The notes: a model not told the origin generated them from the letters alone. A stretch of DNA of 61,946 nucleotides, filler included, from Choristocarpus tenellus KU-1152 (GCA_964200185.2; 7 parts of 7 records of this genome joined end to end with filler, not necessarily neighbours in it), one strand, 5' to 3'; positions 35,870-50,200 are shown, counted from the first letter of the whole stretch. Program-made: numbers and translations.

Positions 35870-38800
35870 TGTTATACATAAGGTGTGTGTCGGAGATCCC
35901 AAAAAGGAACCTGCCCTGACACTAGCTAGCATTACTTACTGAAGTGTGCTAAGTTCTCATTAAAATCGATTTGAGGGGGAGTTCCAATGGAGGCGGCCGT
36001 CGGTTATAGTAGACGTACTTCGAGAAGATCGGAGTATGGAGAAACGACACGTGGAGCACCAGTTGAAGAAGGTGGACGGGGGACTCAGTCCGAGAATGGT
36101 GACGAAAAGATGGTTAGGAGACCCGTGTAACAGATGACACCGGCTGGGCAGGCAATGCAACGACTGATACAACTGCCGCCAAAGTTCAAGGTTTATTGTG
36201 GCGACGATGATGGTGAAGGTTATGCTACATTCGAGAGGAACTTTCTTTCGTGTGCTATTATGGGTGGTTGGAAGGATACATTACTGTGTCGGATGATCAC
36301 ATCAGGGTGAGTTGTGATTTCTTCGATGATTCAAGATGGTCAGAACGAGAAGTGGAGAAGGAAAGTATAGGCATTGCAGCTCTGGTGATGGCTTTGGACG
36401 GGTTCGCGAAACAGGTGGCGGGCAACCATGACATTCTTTCTGAAGCTTTTTAAGCTTTAAGGAACCATTTCAGGAGAAGTGGAGTCACGGAGAGGGCCAC
36501 CATGAGATCCATATTAAATTCAATTCATTTCCCTGTGGGAAAGGATCCGTCCACCGTCATCATGGAACTGGACAGGATCGTGAAGAAAATGATATTGATA
36601 CAGAATGAACCAAGCGAAGAGGATAAATTGAGTGCCATGCACAATTGCTTGACAGATGAATATTTCATTGAGATCCAACAAGTTACTGGTGAAGGATATG
36701 AATCTAGAATTGACCGACAAAGAAGAGTTTGCGAGACTTCGTAAGCACCAATTAGAACGACGGATGACAAGTAATGGCAGTGTATTGATGGTGGGAGGAA
36801 CCCATGCGAGAGGTGGAACTACATGGTATTAAAAGGATCAGCATTCAAGGTGTGTGGAGTGCTGGTTGTGTGGAGGACCACTCTCTCAATCCTTCTGTCT
36901 CACTGCTACTTCGTCACGTTCTCGATCCTATACAGGTCCATGCTATGTTTGTGGAATGAGAGGACATAAGATGTATTGTTGTCCCAAACCTGCTGGAGCT
37001 ATGGGAGAATCGGGTCAAGGATCGTCTGGACCAACTCCCTCAAGGAAGAGGAAGAATGGAAAAGGGAAGGGCAGAGGTGATGCAACCAACACCGGTGAAG
37101 CTGGTAATGTTGAACACAAAGCAAATGGTATACCAGTTCAGCTTGGAGGATTCTCATCGGTAAGCAATGATGGAAGTTTTGTGGAAGTGGGTGAGCTTTG
37201 GTTCTTTGACAGTGGGTGTTAAGTTCATATGACCAAGAAACCTACTGATCTGGTAGATCCAAAACATATGATAGGGACATCGGTGACTGTTGGGGATGGA
37301 AAGGTTCTACAAGTTTCACTCATAGGTGATTTGTCACTATCTTGAATATAGAAAGGAGAAGTTTCCAACTTCATCTTGCACGATGTGTCATTTGTTCCTG
37401 AGTTAAAATTTAGTCTCTTCTCAATGATACAAGTGAGGAAACAATCTGGGGGAGAATTATATTGGACAGGGGAATATTCTTTGCGTTTAACTCCTTCCTC
37501 TAAAGGACCTAGATTGGAATTTTTAAAGAGACAAGTATAAAGAATTATCGTTTGTTTACGTTGAAAGCTAATCGAAGAAGCTTCTCGACAATTCCTGATC
37601 GTGTCAGGACTAATTCTAGCCGAGGGGGAGGCGGGAACTGATGCACTCGCCTGACAAGGGCTGGAGGAGATACCGTCACGGGTAGAAAATCTGAGGAGAC
37701 TGCAATGTCAGAGGAGAATGTTGCAGCAACAGGAGAGAATACCCTTGAAGGGGTTTCAGGAGATGCCATCGACCCAGGGGGAACTGTTGAGGAGGAGAGG
37801 TCTACCTCAAAGGTGGCTGAAATGGATGTTGATCTGGAGTGATCGACTGGAGCGAACGCAACATCAGAGGAGGATGTTGTGGCATCTAATAACCTTGCCC
37901 AGTAGGGAGCTAGAAGAGTCGACTTCGCAAAGGATGAGGCTGGAGGTATCAACCTAACCCATGCTGGGGCTAGAGATATCGATCTGGTCCAAGATGGGAG
38001 TGGAAGAGATGTCGATTGTGGAGAATGGATATTTGAAGAGCTTACCACATCAGTGGAGGACGCTGAAGCGAAGAGTATGTTTCCTTTCCCCCTGAGGGAT
38101 TTGAAGTGAATGCCATAGTCCGAGAGGGGATTGTTGGGGGGAAGGGGACCCACCCCAAACATGGCACAGCCAGTTATTGATCCAGGGGAGTCAACAAGTA
38201 CGACTGCAACATCAGAGCCCCCATACATGGATTTAAGGGTAGGGGGTTTGATGCCTGAGGAAGTTGAACCAGGTTCGAGTGGGACTGTGGATGAGTCCAG
38301 TCAATCTGCTCCTGAAAATGTTCTGCTAAGTCTTGTGGTAGCAGGAAATGCAAGGGGTTGGTTGTAGAGAGCAAGGAGTTGGACAAATATTTAAACACTG
38401 CCTTTGGTGATGTGGACCCACTGTCACAGCAGGGGAGTGTGAGGAAGACGATACTGCGACAGGTGGATCCAAATAGTCACCCTCCACCTGAACCAGGCAA
38501 ACTAACGAAGGAGTTAGGTGGAGATGACACTGTGGAATTTGTTTCAAGTCTATAGGTACCTGGAAATGATTGTAAATCGGGAGTGGAGGCAGTGAGATCT
38601 GATGGAGCATTAGATACAGGCATGGGGGATGTTAATCAGAAGTCGCAGCAGGGGAGTGTGGGAAGTACCTTGATACTGAGACTTGCTGATCACCACCGTT
38701 ACCCAATAAGTAGTGACAAGGTTTTCGATCGAGGCAGGTGGATGTTATGAGTGAAAGTACCTTAGAGGGTACGATTTTTTCCCTTTTTGTCCATTTGGGG

Positions 38801-39290
38801 CTTGACTTCCCCTGGTGGTTTTCATGATATTTTACCTACTCCGAAATATTTCGGAGCAGGTAAAATGTGTATGTTATGAAAAGGTGTGTCCAGAACATGG
38901 GTATTGACACTTCCTAACAAACACAACAGTCCAAATTATGTCAAAATCGCAATATCAGATTTGATCCCCAAATCGACACGGCTCTACCCTCTAAGATACT
39001 TTGGCTCTTATAGGGAGAGTGTAGAGGTCCAAGGTGGGACAATGATGACTGGAAGGACAACGAGGGTGGAGCAGGAGGGACCTGTTCCAGGCGACTACAG
39101 ATCTATGATTGGTGGTATACAATGGACTGCTATCATGACTAGACCTGATGTATCTTATGAAGTTGGAGAAATGGCATCTAGTGTGGAGAATCCAAGTTGG
39201 TCTGATTGGTGCAATGCCAAGAGAGTTATTGGGTACCTGTTGGGTACTAAAGAGCATAGAATTACCTTTGGTGACTTTGGATTGTAAGGA
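35870..39290 (+). mobile_element. Degenerate Ty1/Copia LTR retrotransposon (gag, zinc knuckle, protease and RT C-terminus; integrase and RT core not seen)
   Basis: Gag-like ELDRIVKKM...SEEDKLSAM..L.DEY; CCHC knuckle CYVCGMRGHKMYCC; protease WFFDSGC*VHMT...VGDGKVL...LHDVSFVPELKFSLFS; RT end YRSMIGGIQWTAIMTRPDVSYEV...WCNAKRVIGYLLGTKEHRITFG. Multiple stops. Confidence 0.88.
38749..39007 (+). mobile_element. MITE family B, complete copy nested in the Copia element
   Basis: TIRs gagtgaaagtaccttagagggtac / taccctctaagatactttggctc, 4-bp TSD TTAT. Confidence 0.9.
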
Positions 39291-40869
39291 TGGGAATCTA
39301 CTATTTCTCCAAAATCGAGTCAGGTACGAACATCCGCCTATTTTTGTAGTGTCAGCTACACACTACTGCCCACTATAGCATATTGCTCATTTATTGGTGT
39401 GGTACATGTTCCCTCCAGACCCTTTGTCCGTGTAATACCTTTACGTACATGCGCTTCCTCACCTATCGCCTTCTTGCAAGAAATATATTGCATTTGTAGT
39501 CACTTCTCCTCCCTTCGAATCTTAGGGCTGTTCCTCACAGCACAAAATCCATGGATATTTCAGCATTTAACTGTATAAAAAAGTATGCAGCACTTCATTC
39601 CTCATAGATGTCAGGAATAACTCGATCCTTGAAAAAAGGAACAAATTGCTATTGCTCATAAAATGTATGAAGCAGAAAACTTCCCTCCAATATACGGAAA
39701 CTGGGTCCAACTGGAAAGTGAAGTTTCCAGCAGAAAGATCTTGTAGGTATAGATATTTATTGCAAAATAGTAGCATTAAAACACGAAGTGTAACATTACA
39801 ACGATGAAGCTGGAAAGGAAATTCTCCAAAATGAAATTTTGTTCTATAATTATTATTATGCCCTCTGACATTTTGCAGATGTGTCAGGGGGGAGAAAGCA
39901 ATGAAAACTATATATAAGTNNNNNNNNNNNNNNNNNNNNNNNNNNNNNNNNNNNNNNNNNNNNTTAATTAATTAANNNNNNNNNNNNNNNNNNNNNNNNN
40001 NNNNNNNNNNNNNNNNNNNGTGTTTGTCCACCCGCCCCCACCCCCAGACAATGGCAGACTTGATGAGGAAGAAAAGGGGAAGAGGACAAGGTTCATTGCA
40101 GGCACGGGGAAGGTGAACATATGGAGTGTATTTTTTAGGTGTCATTTTTTTTGTCTCTCTATAGGGGACTGCGTTGTGTTCAGTTAGTTGTATCAATGTG
40201 TTTGGGAAAGGCAGAAATAGTTTTTTGATATTCCAGCAGACAGAGAACTTAGGGTTAGGGTCAAGGAAATGATTAGAGTTACTCTGTGTCAATAGAGTTA
40301 GTGTGGGATATGTCTCTGTTAGACTACACTAGGTTTGTCACTCTTGACTTTTTGTTGTCAATCTTTTCCTCCCCTGCTCACATCACTGTGCTAATAACAG
40401 ATAGATCAATCTTGCATATGTGGTTGTGTGTTGAGTAAAAAAGGTACCGTTCTGGTTAGCAAATGATTTGCTGTGACGCTTGCTCTTTGTTAGTTGTTGG
40501 TTTGAAGTGTGCATTGAAGTGAATGTAAGTATTTGTAGGCTAGATGATGCTGTACCTCTACGGCAGCACCAAGAATAAGTGGTAACTAAAGGTCATGGGT
40601 ATCACAATATTACCTTACACTACCGTTTGTAGGGGTGCACTTCACCATTGTGAAGCTGAATTTGAGGTGATGCCATCTCTATGGGAATGATCCCCTCTCC
40701 ACCCTTACCTCATCATCCTTCACTGAATCCCTCCCTAACTCCCACCCCTCAATTACCAGACTACGACCTGTATCACCTCTCCAACAACTTTCAACAACGC
40801 AGTCCCTCCACCCCACCCTCTACCCCACCCTCCACCGTCCATAATTATGCCTGACTATTCTGTTGGAAG

Positions 40870-41164
40870 ATACGTGCCTGAGAATGATGATGAAGCATTT
40901 GGCATAATGAACCTTGTGGATCCAGTGCTTCGTACAAGCAACAGTGGAGCAGTTCTTGCTGCAGCAAGGTGCTTCCTGGAGCTCACCAAGAACATGCCTG
41001 ACATGTGTTTCCAGGTGGGAGGAGGGAGGGGAGGTAAGGTAAATTTAATTTGAGTCAGCAATAGATGTATTGAAGGTGGGCTGGTCGTCCCTTGTTCGTT
41101 GCTGAACCTTTGGCAGCTTTAAAGATTTGAGAAACTGTCGTACTTCAAAGTTTGTACATGATAC

Positions 41165-41214
<50 letters not shown>

Positions 41215-44200
41215 GTACTATTAGTACTAGTACTACCTCTGTGCCATAAGTTTGTGCCACGAAACATCTGGGCTTGCCGAGCGAGAACAGCGCCGAATTG
41301 GACAATAACCGCACAGAATGAAATAGGGTTGACAATCTCAGCTTTCAGAAAAGGTGAGGATCGACGAACATAAGGTACAAACTTGAGGTGCTTCAAGCCG
41401 TCAAAGTAGGGGCCTTTTGTGGTGTTTTTGAGGCCAGAACTGGTCACTTCGAGGGTCAGAACAGAACGTCGGCATGGCAACCCCCCCGTCGACCCCCCTG
41501 CATAGGAAGGGTGCCCAAGTGTCCCTGAATAAATAAATACCGGGTTTGTGCTTGCACTGAGGCACGCCCTTGCGATGGTCCCTGGTGAGCATAAACTGCT
41601 GCGACACTTTGGGCCAACCCTTGCAGCGGAGTTTGGATTGTCCGAGTGTTACATGCGAGGGCTCTGGGAGGCTCTGGGAGGACGTCGCCGATCAGCTTGC
41701 CTGTGTTCACATGCTTAACCTAGGGGTGGCGGCACATAGTGGTCGGCCTTCGGAGCTCACACCGACCAAGATGGCCGCAATACATAACTATATGTAGTAT
41801 CAACTCCGATAATCGGTAATCCACAGTGTGTAAGGTGACAATGAAGATGGCTGCCAAGGGACTGAATTATAGCATGGCACCGTAAACAGGTGGTTGGATG
41901 ATATGGGGGCCATGCCGAATCACTGCTAGATCAAGCCCACACTTATATCTAGCAAAAGGTATAGATAATGGACTTTGTTTTCCATGAATTTGCCATGAAT
42001 TTGCCATGAAGTAGAACGGAACCGTGGTGTGTACGCCTCCATGGCGAACATGATCCATGTGGATTAACCTGGTTTTACGTGATGGCTGATGAGGAAGGGT
42101 TAGGGTATTTGTGGATGAGGATGATAGCGACCTTCCAGGGTCCCCCCCCTACTGTGCAGCCCAAGAGTCATATCCTCAAAACCATGATCATTGCAGTCAT
42201 CACCCCCCCACATTCGGCTCACAGCTTTGACAGAAAGCTTGGTGTTTGGCATGTGTGTGCACCAAAAACGGCAGAGAGGACATTAAAGACAAGCAAGAAC
42301 CATAAAAAGGGAGATGTGTGTGAGCAGGACTTTACTTTAGACCATTTGTAGTACAGGAAGTGGTACACTGAGGAGTTACTGCCTGCAATCAAGACCAAGA
42401 TGCCTTGGTTGCAGGGGAAGCACGTTGTTGTTCAGCAAGACGGTGCCATCCCCCGCAGGGGCAAGGGCAACTCAGAAATCTTGTCAGGGGCAGGAAAGAC
42501 TGACGGGTGGTCGATTACACTTGTGATGCAGCCATCTAACTCCCCCGACCTCAATATGATGGACCTGTGCTTCTTCAGGTCTTTGAAATGGTGGGTGATG
42601 GGGGAGGTGTTTGGGTCTGTCAAGGAGATGGTGAAGGTCATTAAGAAACAGTATGAGGAGTATGATGAAACCACACTTGAAAGGGCTTGACAGCTCCTTT
42701 TCGTGGTGTACAATAAAGTACTTCAGATACAAAGGGGGGAATGACTTGAGTGTGGAGCACACAGGGGTAAGGAATAGGCAGTTGTCTGGTGAGCTTGAAA
42801 ACACGCTGAAGGTGGACATGGAGGCTTTTTCTGTGACTGATAAATTTGTGATAGATTGGGAGTAATAATAATAAAAAGGGCTGACCCTAACCAGAAATTC
42901 GTCAAGGATTCCAAATCTTCTTTCAGAAATGAATTTCATCAACATTTTCAAAAGTTACGGACAATGAAGCACAGACATATGGCACGGAGGTAGTAGTAGT
43001 TTTATTATTATTTTTATTTTTATTATTATTATTATTATTATCTGTAATTGTGCACCACATGTTTTTTTATGTATGTTTAATATGTACTTTATACATGTCA
43101 CGAGGAAGGTTTTTCAGTTGTAATTTATTGTTTGTTTTTTCTTTCAGTTGTATAAGAAATACTAGAATTTATTACTGCATATTTCTCTACCAGAACTTTT
43201 TACCAGACTGGGTATACGTGATGGGACCAGGCCAGAGACTGGTCCAGGCGAAATATGTTGTAATGGGAACAGTCCAGCGCCTGAGAGAGTACTAATGGAC
43301 TGGACCGTGGACCAACTCAGGTTAAGTATGTTTTAGTAGGGTAGGATCAGAGCCATTAAATTGTAAATTGGACAGGACTGCCTACCGGGTTGGGTGCAAC
43401 ATGTCCTAGGAGGGTAGGACTGAGGCCATTGAGATCACTGTCAAGATTATTACCAGACTGGGTCAAGGGTCAGCCTGTGGCCCTGGTCTGGATATTTGGT
43501 GTGGTTAATGAGGTTCAGTGACATTAATGAGGTTCAGTGATATTAATGAGGTTCAGTGATATTAATGAGGTTCAGTGATATTAATGAGGTTCAGTGATAT
43601 TAATGAGGTTCAGTGATATGCCCTGCCTGTACGAGACTAGAAACTCCTGTCAACTAGCAGTTTCACTGTTGTGACTCGGAAATTAAATGATCTTAGTTAT
43701 AGACTGAATCACCAGATATGGACAGTTTCATAGTGGTATAGTTAATTGAGATAAACCATGTTCACAATGTACATATGCACATTTATATAGTTTGCATATA
43801 GATGTATAGAGCTTATATACACATTTATGTAGTTTGCATATAGATGTATAGAGCTTATATACACATTTATATAGTTTGCATATAGATGTATAGAGCTTAT
43901 ATACACATTTATGTAGATGTTTAGTATGTTGGCAGCCCTAAGGTTGGCAGGTTCTCGGCAGATACTGTGTCCACATGGTCTTTCTGTTTGATTGTCTCGG
44001 CAGATAGGTTGTGGTTATTGTAGTGTTGTGTTGATAGGTTGTGGTTATTGCAAGATCTTACCTGACCCAGTTTACATGGGAAATCTCAATTATCACCACC
44101 TCACACACTGGTTCATCTTGTGGGAGGAGTTCTTTGAATCAGGCGTTGGCTAGTTTTACACTTTACAGGCTGTTGGTCATCAGCAATCAACTGCACTGTA

Positions 44201-47200
44201 TATGCATTTTTATTCTGAGCAGTGTTCAATTGTTTTGTTTGCAGATACCTACAAATGTTATATTTTTGCCACATGTGTACCATGGTACTAGTGTTTACTG
44301 CTCTGGTACAGTAGTAGTTCATTGGGAGACTGGCACTATTTATTTAATGATACAACTGTAAACCTAACCCTGAAATGATGAAAATTTCAAGAGAGATAGG
44401 AAGCGGCACATTGGTGTGGCTCAAGATTAGGCCTGTCTATCACTGCCACTGGCATTGTAGAGTTTGTGTAAGTGTTTGTTTTCAGTCATGTCCAATGCAC
44501 TTGGGAGTTGTTGATGACCCAATTATGCTTCAGATTTACTCTTTTTCACTACCAATCTAGATCAACATATTATTATTACTAGTAGTACTAATTTTCAACA
44601 ATGATTGCTCTCCCTTACTCCTTTTCTCCCACTGATAATGACCCTGTCTTCCCACTTCAATATTGCTTTTGTTGCGCCTTTGTCACCACCTGGTGCCATG
44701 CTTACCACCGGGTTGGAACCACCCTTTTGGTCGTTGTATCTCTAGGTATTCGAACGAATGAAGCAGCCACTGCTCACACTCATGGCGGGCGGGTCGCCAG
44801 AGGTTGTGCACTGCATTCTAAAGCATCTGGAGGCAATGCTGCCGCGGTGTCCCAAGGTTTACGATGATGAATTCAGGCAGTTCTTCACAAGGTGAGGGAG
44901 TGTCACAGGTTGAAGTAACTTCTTGTTGCTTTATGCTCGTTGAATATGAGAAAGCCTTCTTCCTTTATGATAGCTCCCCAACCTCCATCCCCTGAAAAGA
45001 TATGTAGAAGTGTGCCTGTCTGTGTAGCATATTGTGGTGTGTTGTTTTGTATCCTTTGTTTAGTTGTAGTCATTCTATTTTTCTGCTATGCAGAATCTGC
45101 TGAGCCATCAAGGGCTAGAGTCAGGCATGGGATAGCAAGGACCAATTTCAAGGAAAAATGAGAGGGTTTCCTTCTTTCATGTTACTCCTCTTCTGTTTGT
45201 TGTTCTTATGTCTAGACACCACAGTTGGCATGCGGCAGAACAGGCAGCCCAAAGGATACTGCAGGCGTGTATATTGTGTGAAGTGGTGGAATATAGATAA
45301 GTGTGGTTTACATGTATATACTTATGTGCGTATGTCCAAACAGATCAATATTATTCCCATGCAAAACGTAAGCTAACCCGCTCGTATGCACGCATGTCAT
45401 GAAAAAAGGTACAATGAGCCTACTTCTGTCAAATATTCGAAGCTGCGATGCCTGGCCCAGCTAGCGGATGAGAACTCAGCTGAGACCATCATTGCAGAGC
45501 TTAGTGAATATGCAGCGGATGTAGACTCAGAGATGGCGAGGCAGGCCATTCGGGCAGTTGGGAAGATTTGTTTGAGACTGCCAGGGTGTGCCGCTCCTGC
45601 CATTGAGCGCCTCATTGATTTTATGGCCATGGATGTGAGGAGTGTATACAAGCGTGGTTATTTCAAATGTTTTTTTTATTTTCAAAGAGGCATACGTTTT
45701 TTTTTTTCTGGTTCTTTTTGTATTCTGTTCCGTTTCTATTGAGTTTTGGATCATACGCATGTATCCATGATAGCTTGTTTTTTCTCTTTATTTTGAATAT
45801 GATGCATCCATTGTTTTGGAGTACATGTGATTTGAAGTATGTGTACTTGTGGAGAAGTAGTGCATGTTTTGCTTTCTACATTCTGTTACAGGATACTGTG
45901 TTCTCTGCTTGGGTGTAGATTTTTTTAAGATGCACACTTTCTTGATCCATGCACACACACACACACACACACACACACACCACCTGCACATTCACTACAA
46001 CATGCTGCAAGTCCAACACCTGTTTATGCAGTGCTTTCTAAGGTGCAAGTATTTCACACCATCCCTCCGTTATTGCTAACAAGTTGGTCATAGGAGGGCT
46101 ACAAGGCTGGAGTGTGGTGTAGTAGGGTGTTCCACTTGAATCTTCTAGCTGTTGTTGTATGGTATACGTATGTGCCATTTGGGTTCTTCTTTGAGCTCGG
46201 CTTGTGCCCCTCGTTTGTGGATTGTATATGTTATGTGTTATATGTTACATGTTATATGTTACATGTTATATGTTATATGTTACATGTTGTATATTATATG
46301 TTACATGTTATATGTTATATGTTATATGTTACATGTTATATATATATATAACTTTGTCAGGTTGTGTATGTGAGGTCAGAGGCGGTACAGGTGATGCAAA
46401 GTCTTCTTCGCAAGTACCCTCACTGGCGAACAGAGGTGTTGCCTTCCCTTCACAGGTATTATACACATGTTATGTATGTATGTATGTATGTACTTGATGT
46501 CAGTTGGTTTGAGACAAGTTTGAGTGGGGGGATATTTCGACGTCTACAAGCTTGAAGGGGCGGGGAAGGGAGGAAGGTACTTTATTGAAGGTAAATCGAA
46601 GGCTGCATATTGGTGTAACTGGCATCTGTAAGCCCTTCCAGTTTGGTGGTGCTAGGCGAATACCATGGCATTAGTTTGATTGGTGTTTCCTGTAACACAT
46701 GCTGTTGTGCAAAGTTGTCTTTGTTTTGATGTGCCAATTTGTGGTTTTAAGTTGGTGTTGGGATGTGAGATTGGGGTGTGATGCTTGGTAGCATGTGTAT
46801 GCATTTTTTTTTTGTGTGAGGGTACCTGTAGCATGAATTGAGATTTTCACTGACCTGGTTCCCCCAACTCTCTTCTCCGTGTCTATGCGCATCAATATGT
46901 TTGATACATCAATATGTTTGATACATCAATATTCTTGATACATCAATGTGCTTGATACATCAATATGCTCGATACATCAGTATGCTCGATACATCAGTAT
47001 GTTTGATACATCAATATGTTTGATACATCAATATGTTTGATACATCAATATGCTCGATACATCAATGTGCTTGATACATCAATATGTTTGATACATCAAT
47101 ATGTTTGATACATCAATATGCTCGATACATCAATGTGCTTGATACATCAATATGCTCGATATATCAATATGCTCGATATATCAATATGCTCGATATATCA

Positions 47201-50200
47201 ATATGCTCGATATATCAATATGCTCGATACATCAATATGTTTGATCAAGGTGCTTGAAACACGTTGATGAGCCTGCAGGGAAGGCAGCTGTGATTTGGAT
47301 GGTGGGAGAGTATGGGGAGGAGATTGTGGTGAGTGTTATTGTCATTAAGGACCAGTATCCCGCAATACATTTATTGTAACAATAGGGCTTCCAAGCCCCC
47401 CCCCCCCCCCCTCCCCCCCCCCATCTCACTATGCCATGTGTGGGCAAAAGTTCTTGTGTAATTTTCTAAATTTGGGATTTCCCCCCTAACAAAATTGTTG
47501 CACAAGTGCCTTCTTAGGTGTATTTGTCTGTGAGCAGCATATGTGGAACACCTCAAAGCTAGTAGTAATATATTATATATATGTTGACAACACACAGCAC
47601 AATGAGCAACAACAAACAGTTTCAGTAACAGAGCTTGATTGCCTGCACTGGACACAAAGCCTTGCGAGTTGTTTTTATGTCTGCAGTTTGTGATTATCCT
47701 ACAGTGGGTAAATTACTTGGTAAAATAGATTTCCCTCCCCTTTCCCCCTCTTCCTGTTCCAGACCTCTAGGGTTAAGAAAAGGTGCCTCTGTTCCTTCCC
47801 TTTGATTCATGAACTCCGTTCTTTCAAGTCTTTGAACCTTAAACACAACACTATGATGGAAATGTAGGGCACCATTATGGACTTAGTTTATATTTGTCAC
47901 TGTTAGTGGGGAGACTATGTACGTTTTTGAAATTTTATTGTTACATCTCTTGTTTCAAATATATGCTCACAAAAGCAATATTTTAAGGGTTAGTGTTAAG
48001 TTTAGGGTTAGTATGCCCATGTGTGTGTGTTTGTACTCTTAGATATTGATAATTATTGAGCTAACAGTATTCGTGTGGACCCATTCAATGATATTTGATG
48101 TTATATCAATGTTGTTACTGATGGGGTCAGGAAGCGCCATACATGCTGGAACCTCTTGTGGATGGGTGGGATGAAGAAGAGTCTGTGGACATTAAGATGC
48201 AGTTGCTGACAGCATCGATGAAGTTGTTCTTCAAGAGACCACCGGAGATGCAGGCAAGAGATACGATACTGTTACTCTACAATATATTATAGACTGGTTC
48301 TGTACTCTAGGACTGCTTAGTGATATTGTACTGTACACCCCTACTATCTATATGCTGGTACTAAAGATATTTCGACTGGTGATTGGAGGGAGGGAGGTGT
48401 GGGGGGGTTCAGAATGCTATGCAGGACATGTATGCCTCAAGAACAACGCTTGGATATGGACTTGTCGCTTATGTAGTACCATCTACACACATGGTGATAC
48501 ATGCTTTGTACTTAGAGTACAGTGTGCACAGCTCAGTACATGAAGTGTCATATTGCATGACAAAATGACCTACCGCACAATGCCTAGTCAGAAACTTATT
48601 TTTCAATGAGGTTCGCTAATGCCATGCAGTCAAGAGGTGCCGAAGTTGGCAACTACACGAATCGATGATGGTCGCTGGTAGTGCTTGTGGATGCCCATCA
48701 TCCAGCAGAGGGTCTACACGAATGTCGCCCTGAACAGTCTACCCCTCTTCCTGATGTGCTCCACCACTCTATGTAGTCTATTGGAGTTCGGGATAAGGCC
48801 ACTTGACATCAGAGGCAAGGGGCATGGCAAAGCGCAGATACAAGAGGCCCCGGATTGTAGGAGACTCTGACTAAGGCAAATAGAGGCTTTGAACAGAATG
48901 ATCTAAATAGAGTGTTGTGAGTAGAATGTTGGGGATGCAGTTTGTCTAGTTTGGGTCCGATTTGCTTAAGCATTTGAATCGCAAGTTGATTTTGTTGATT
49001 GCTGGTAACTGAATTTGACATGGACTGTGGGCAGAGCATTTTCTTTTATTCCTGTTTTCCTCTTTTCGTACCGGATAGATATTGATAGATATTGATAGGT
49101 ATTGAGATACCACTCTATTTCCTCTTTTCAGAACCCTGCTGATGTCTGAAGCTTTGTCATCTCCTTATACATCATCTTTCACACTGGTGATTGAGCGGAG
49201 AAGGCCTCCTTCCCCATTTTGCAATCAGTTTTTGGGTGAAAGGATTGTCTCGAACGCTTCTCAACACATCTCACTATGAATTTTCGGGGTGATGTTGTTG
49301 GAGAACAGGTACTGAGGTGGGCTTCGATGCACACAATTTTTGGCAGACTCTTGCAATGCATCAGTTTCCTCCGGGATACAAGTACCCCCAAAAGGTTTCC
49401 AGACATCTTTGGTGGACCCTCAACCCTCACTACGGCACTGTGGAGCTAGCTCTATACAATATCATAACAAATCGTGTAGTTTTATTGATGGTGATGGTTC
49501 AAGATTCATATGCATAATGCTATCTTGTGTGTGGAGTTAGGTAATTGCAAAATGGTGTAATTGTGTATCAAAATGATATGATACAACCAAATACGTATGG
49601 ACATAACAATTTATTCTCAATGCATTTTATTCTTGCAGGCGCTGCTATGTAATGTATATATATTGTTGATGAGGTTTGTCCTTACATCTATATATATGCA
49701 AGTAAATCTTCCTGCAAATACTTTCTCACAGCCGATGACAGGTCAGAGCATTATACTCTTGAAAGGTACTACTACCCGGGTCCATTTTCCATGAGGACCT
49801 CGATGATCACCTCCTTGCATGCTCCTTTTGTCTAATGGAAGTTATTCAATTGTACTCCATGCGACTCTCATGCTAGATACTAGTTCACTAGCGTTAACCT
49901 CAAACGGTTGGCCTCACTAGGTCTATGATGGGTGTTATCTGTAACAACTTCGTGGTCATTTAGCACTTGTACATGTGTTGCCAGGACAACGTTTGGTGGT
50001 TGGTTGGTCTTGTGGTGGTTGGTTGTCATTGTTCGTGTGGCACCAGATTCCACTTGGTCTGTAACATCGAATGCCTAGGTCAGGGCTTGCGGAAGAGTTA
50101 AGTTGTCGGGGAAGCAAACGTTTGATGCCCTTTGCTCTACGATACCTTTGTTCTACGATACCTTTGCTCTACGATACCTTTGCTCTACGATACCTTTGTT

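Noticed and set aside
37545-38228. Longest ORF in the window (227 aa, minus strand)
   Set aside because: Ser-rich antisense shadow of a purine-rich Copia spacer; no domain motif or splice support.
41045-41480. Poly-Ile, poly-Leu and poly-Asn ORFs; likewise the poly-Cys ORF at 25458 and (ER)n/(VC)n ORFs
   Set aside because: Translations of (ATT)n, (CTG)n, (GA)n and (GT)n microsatellites.
46891-47245. CRISPR-like appearance of the 16-, 17- and 19-bp arrays
   Set aside because: Units are head-to-tail with no unique spacers, there are no cas genes, and the context is eukaryotic introns.
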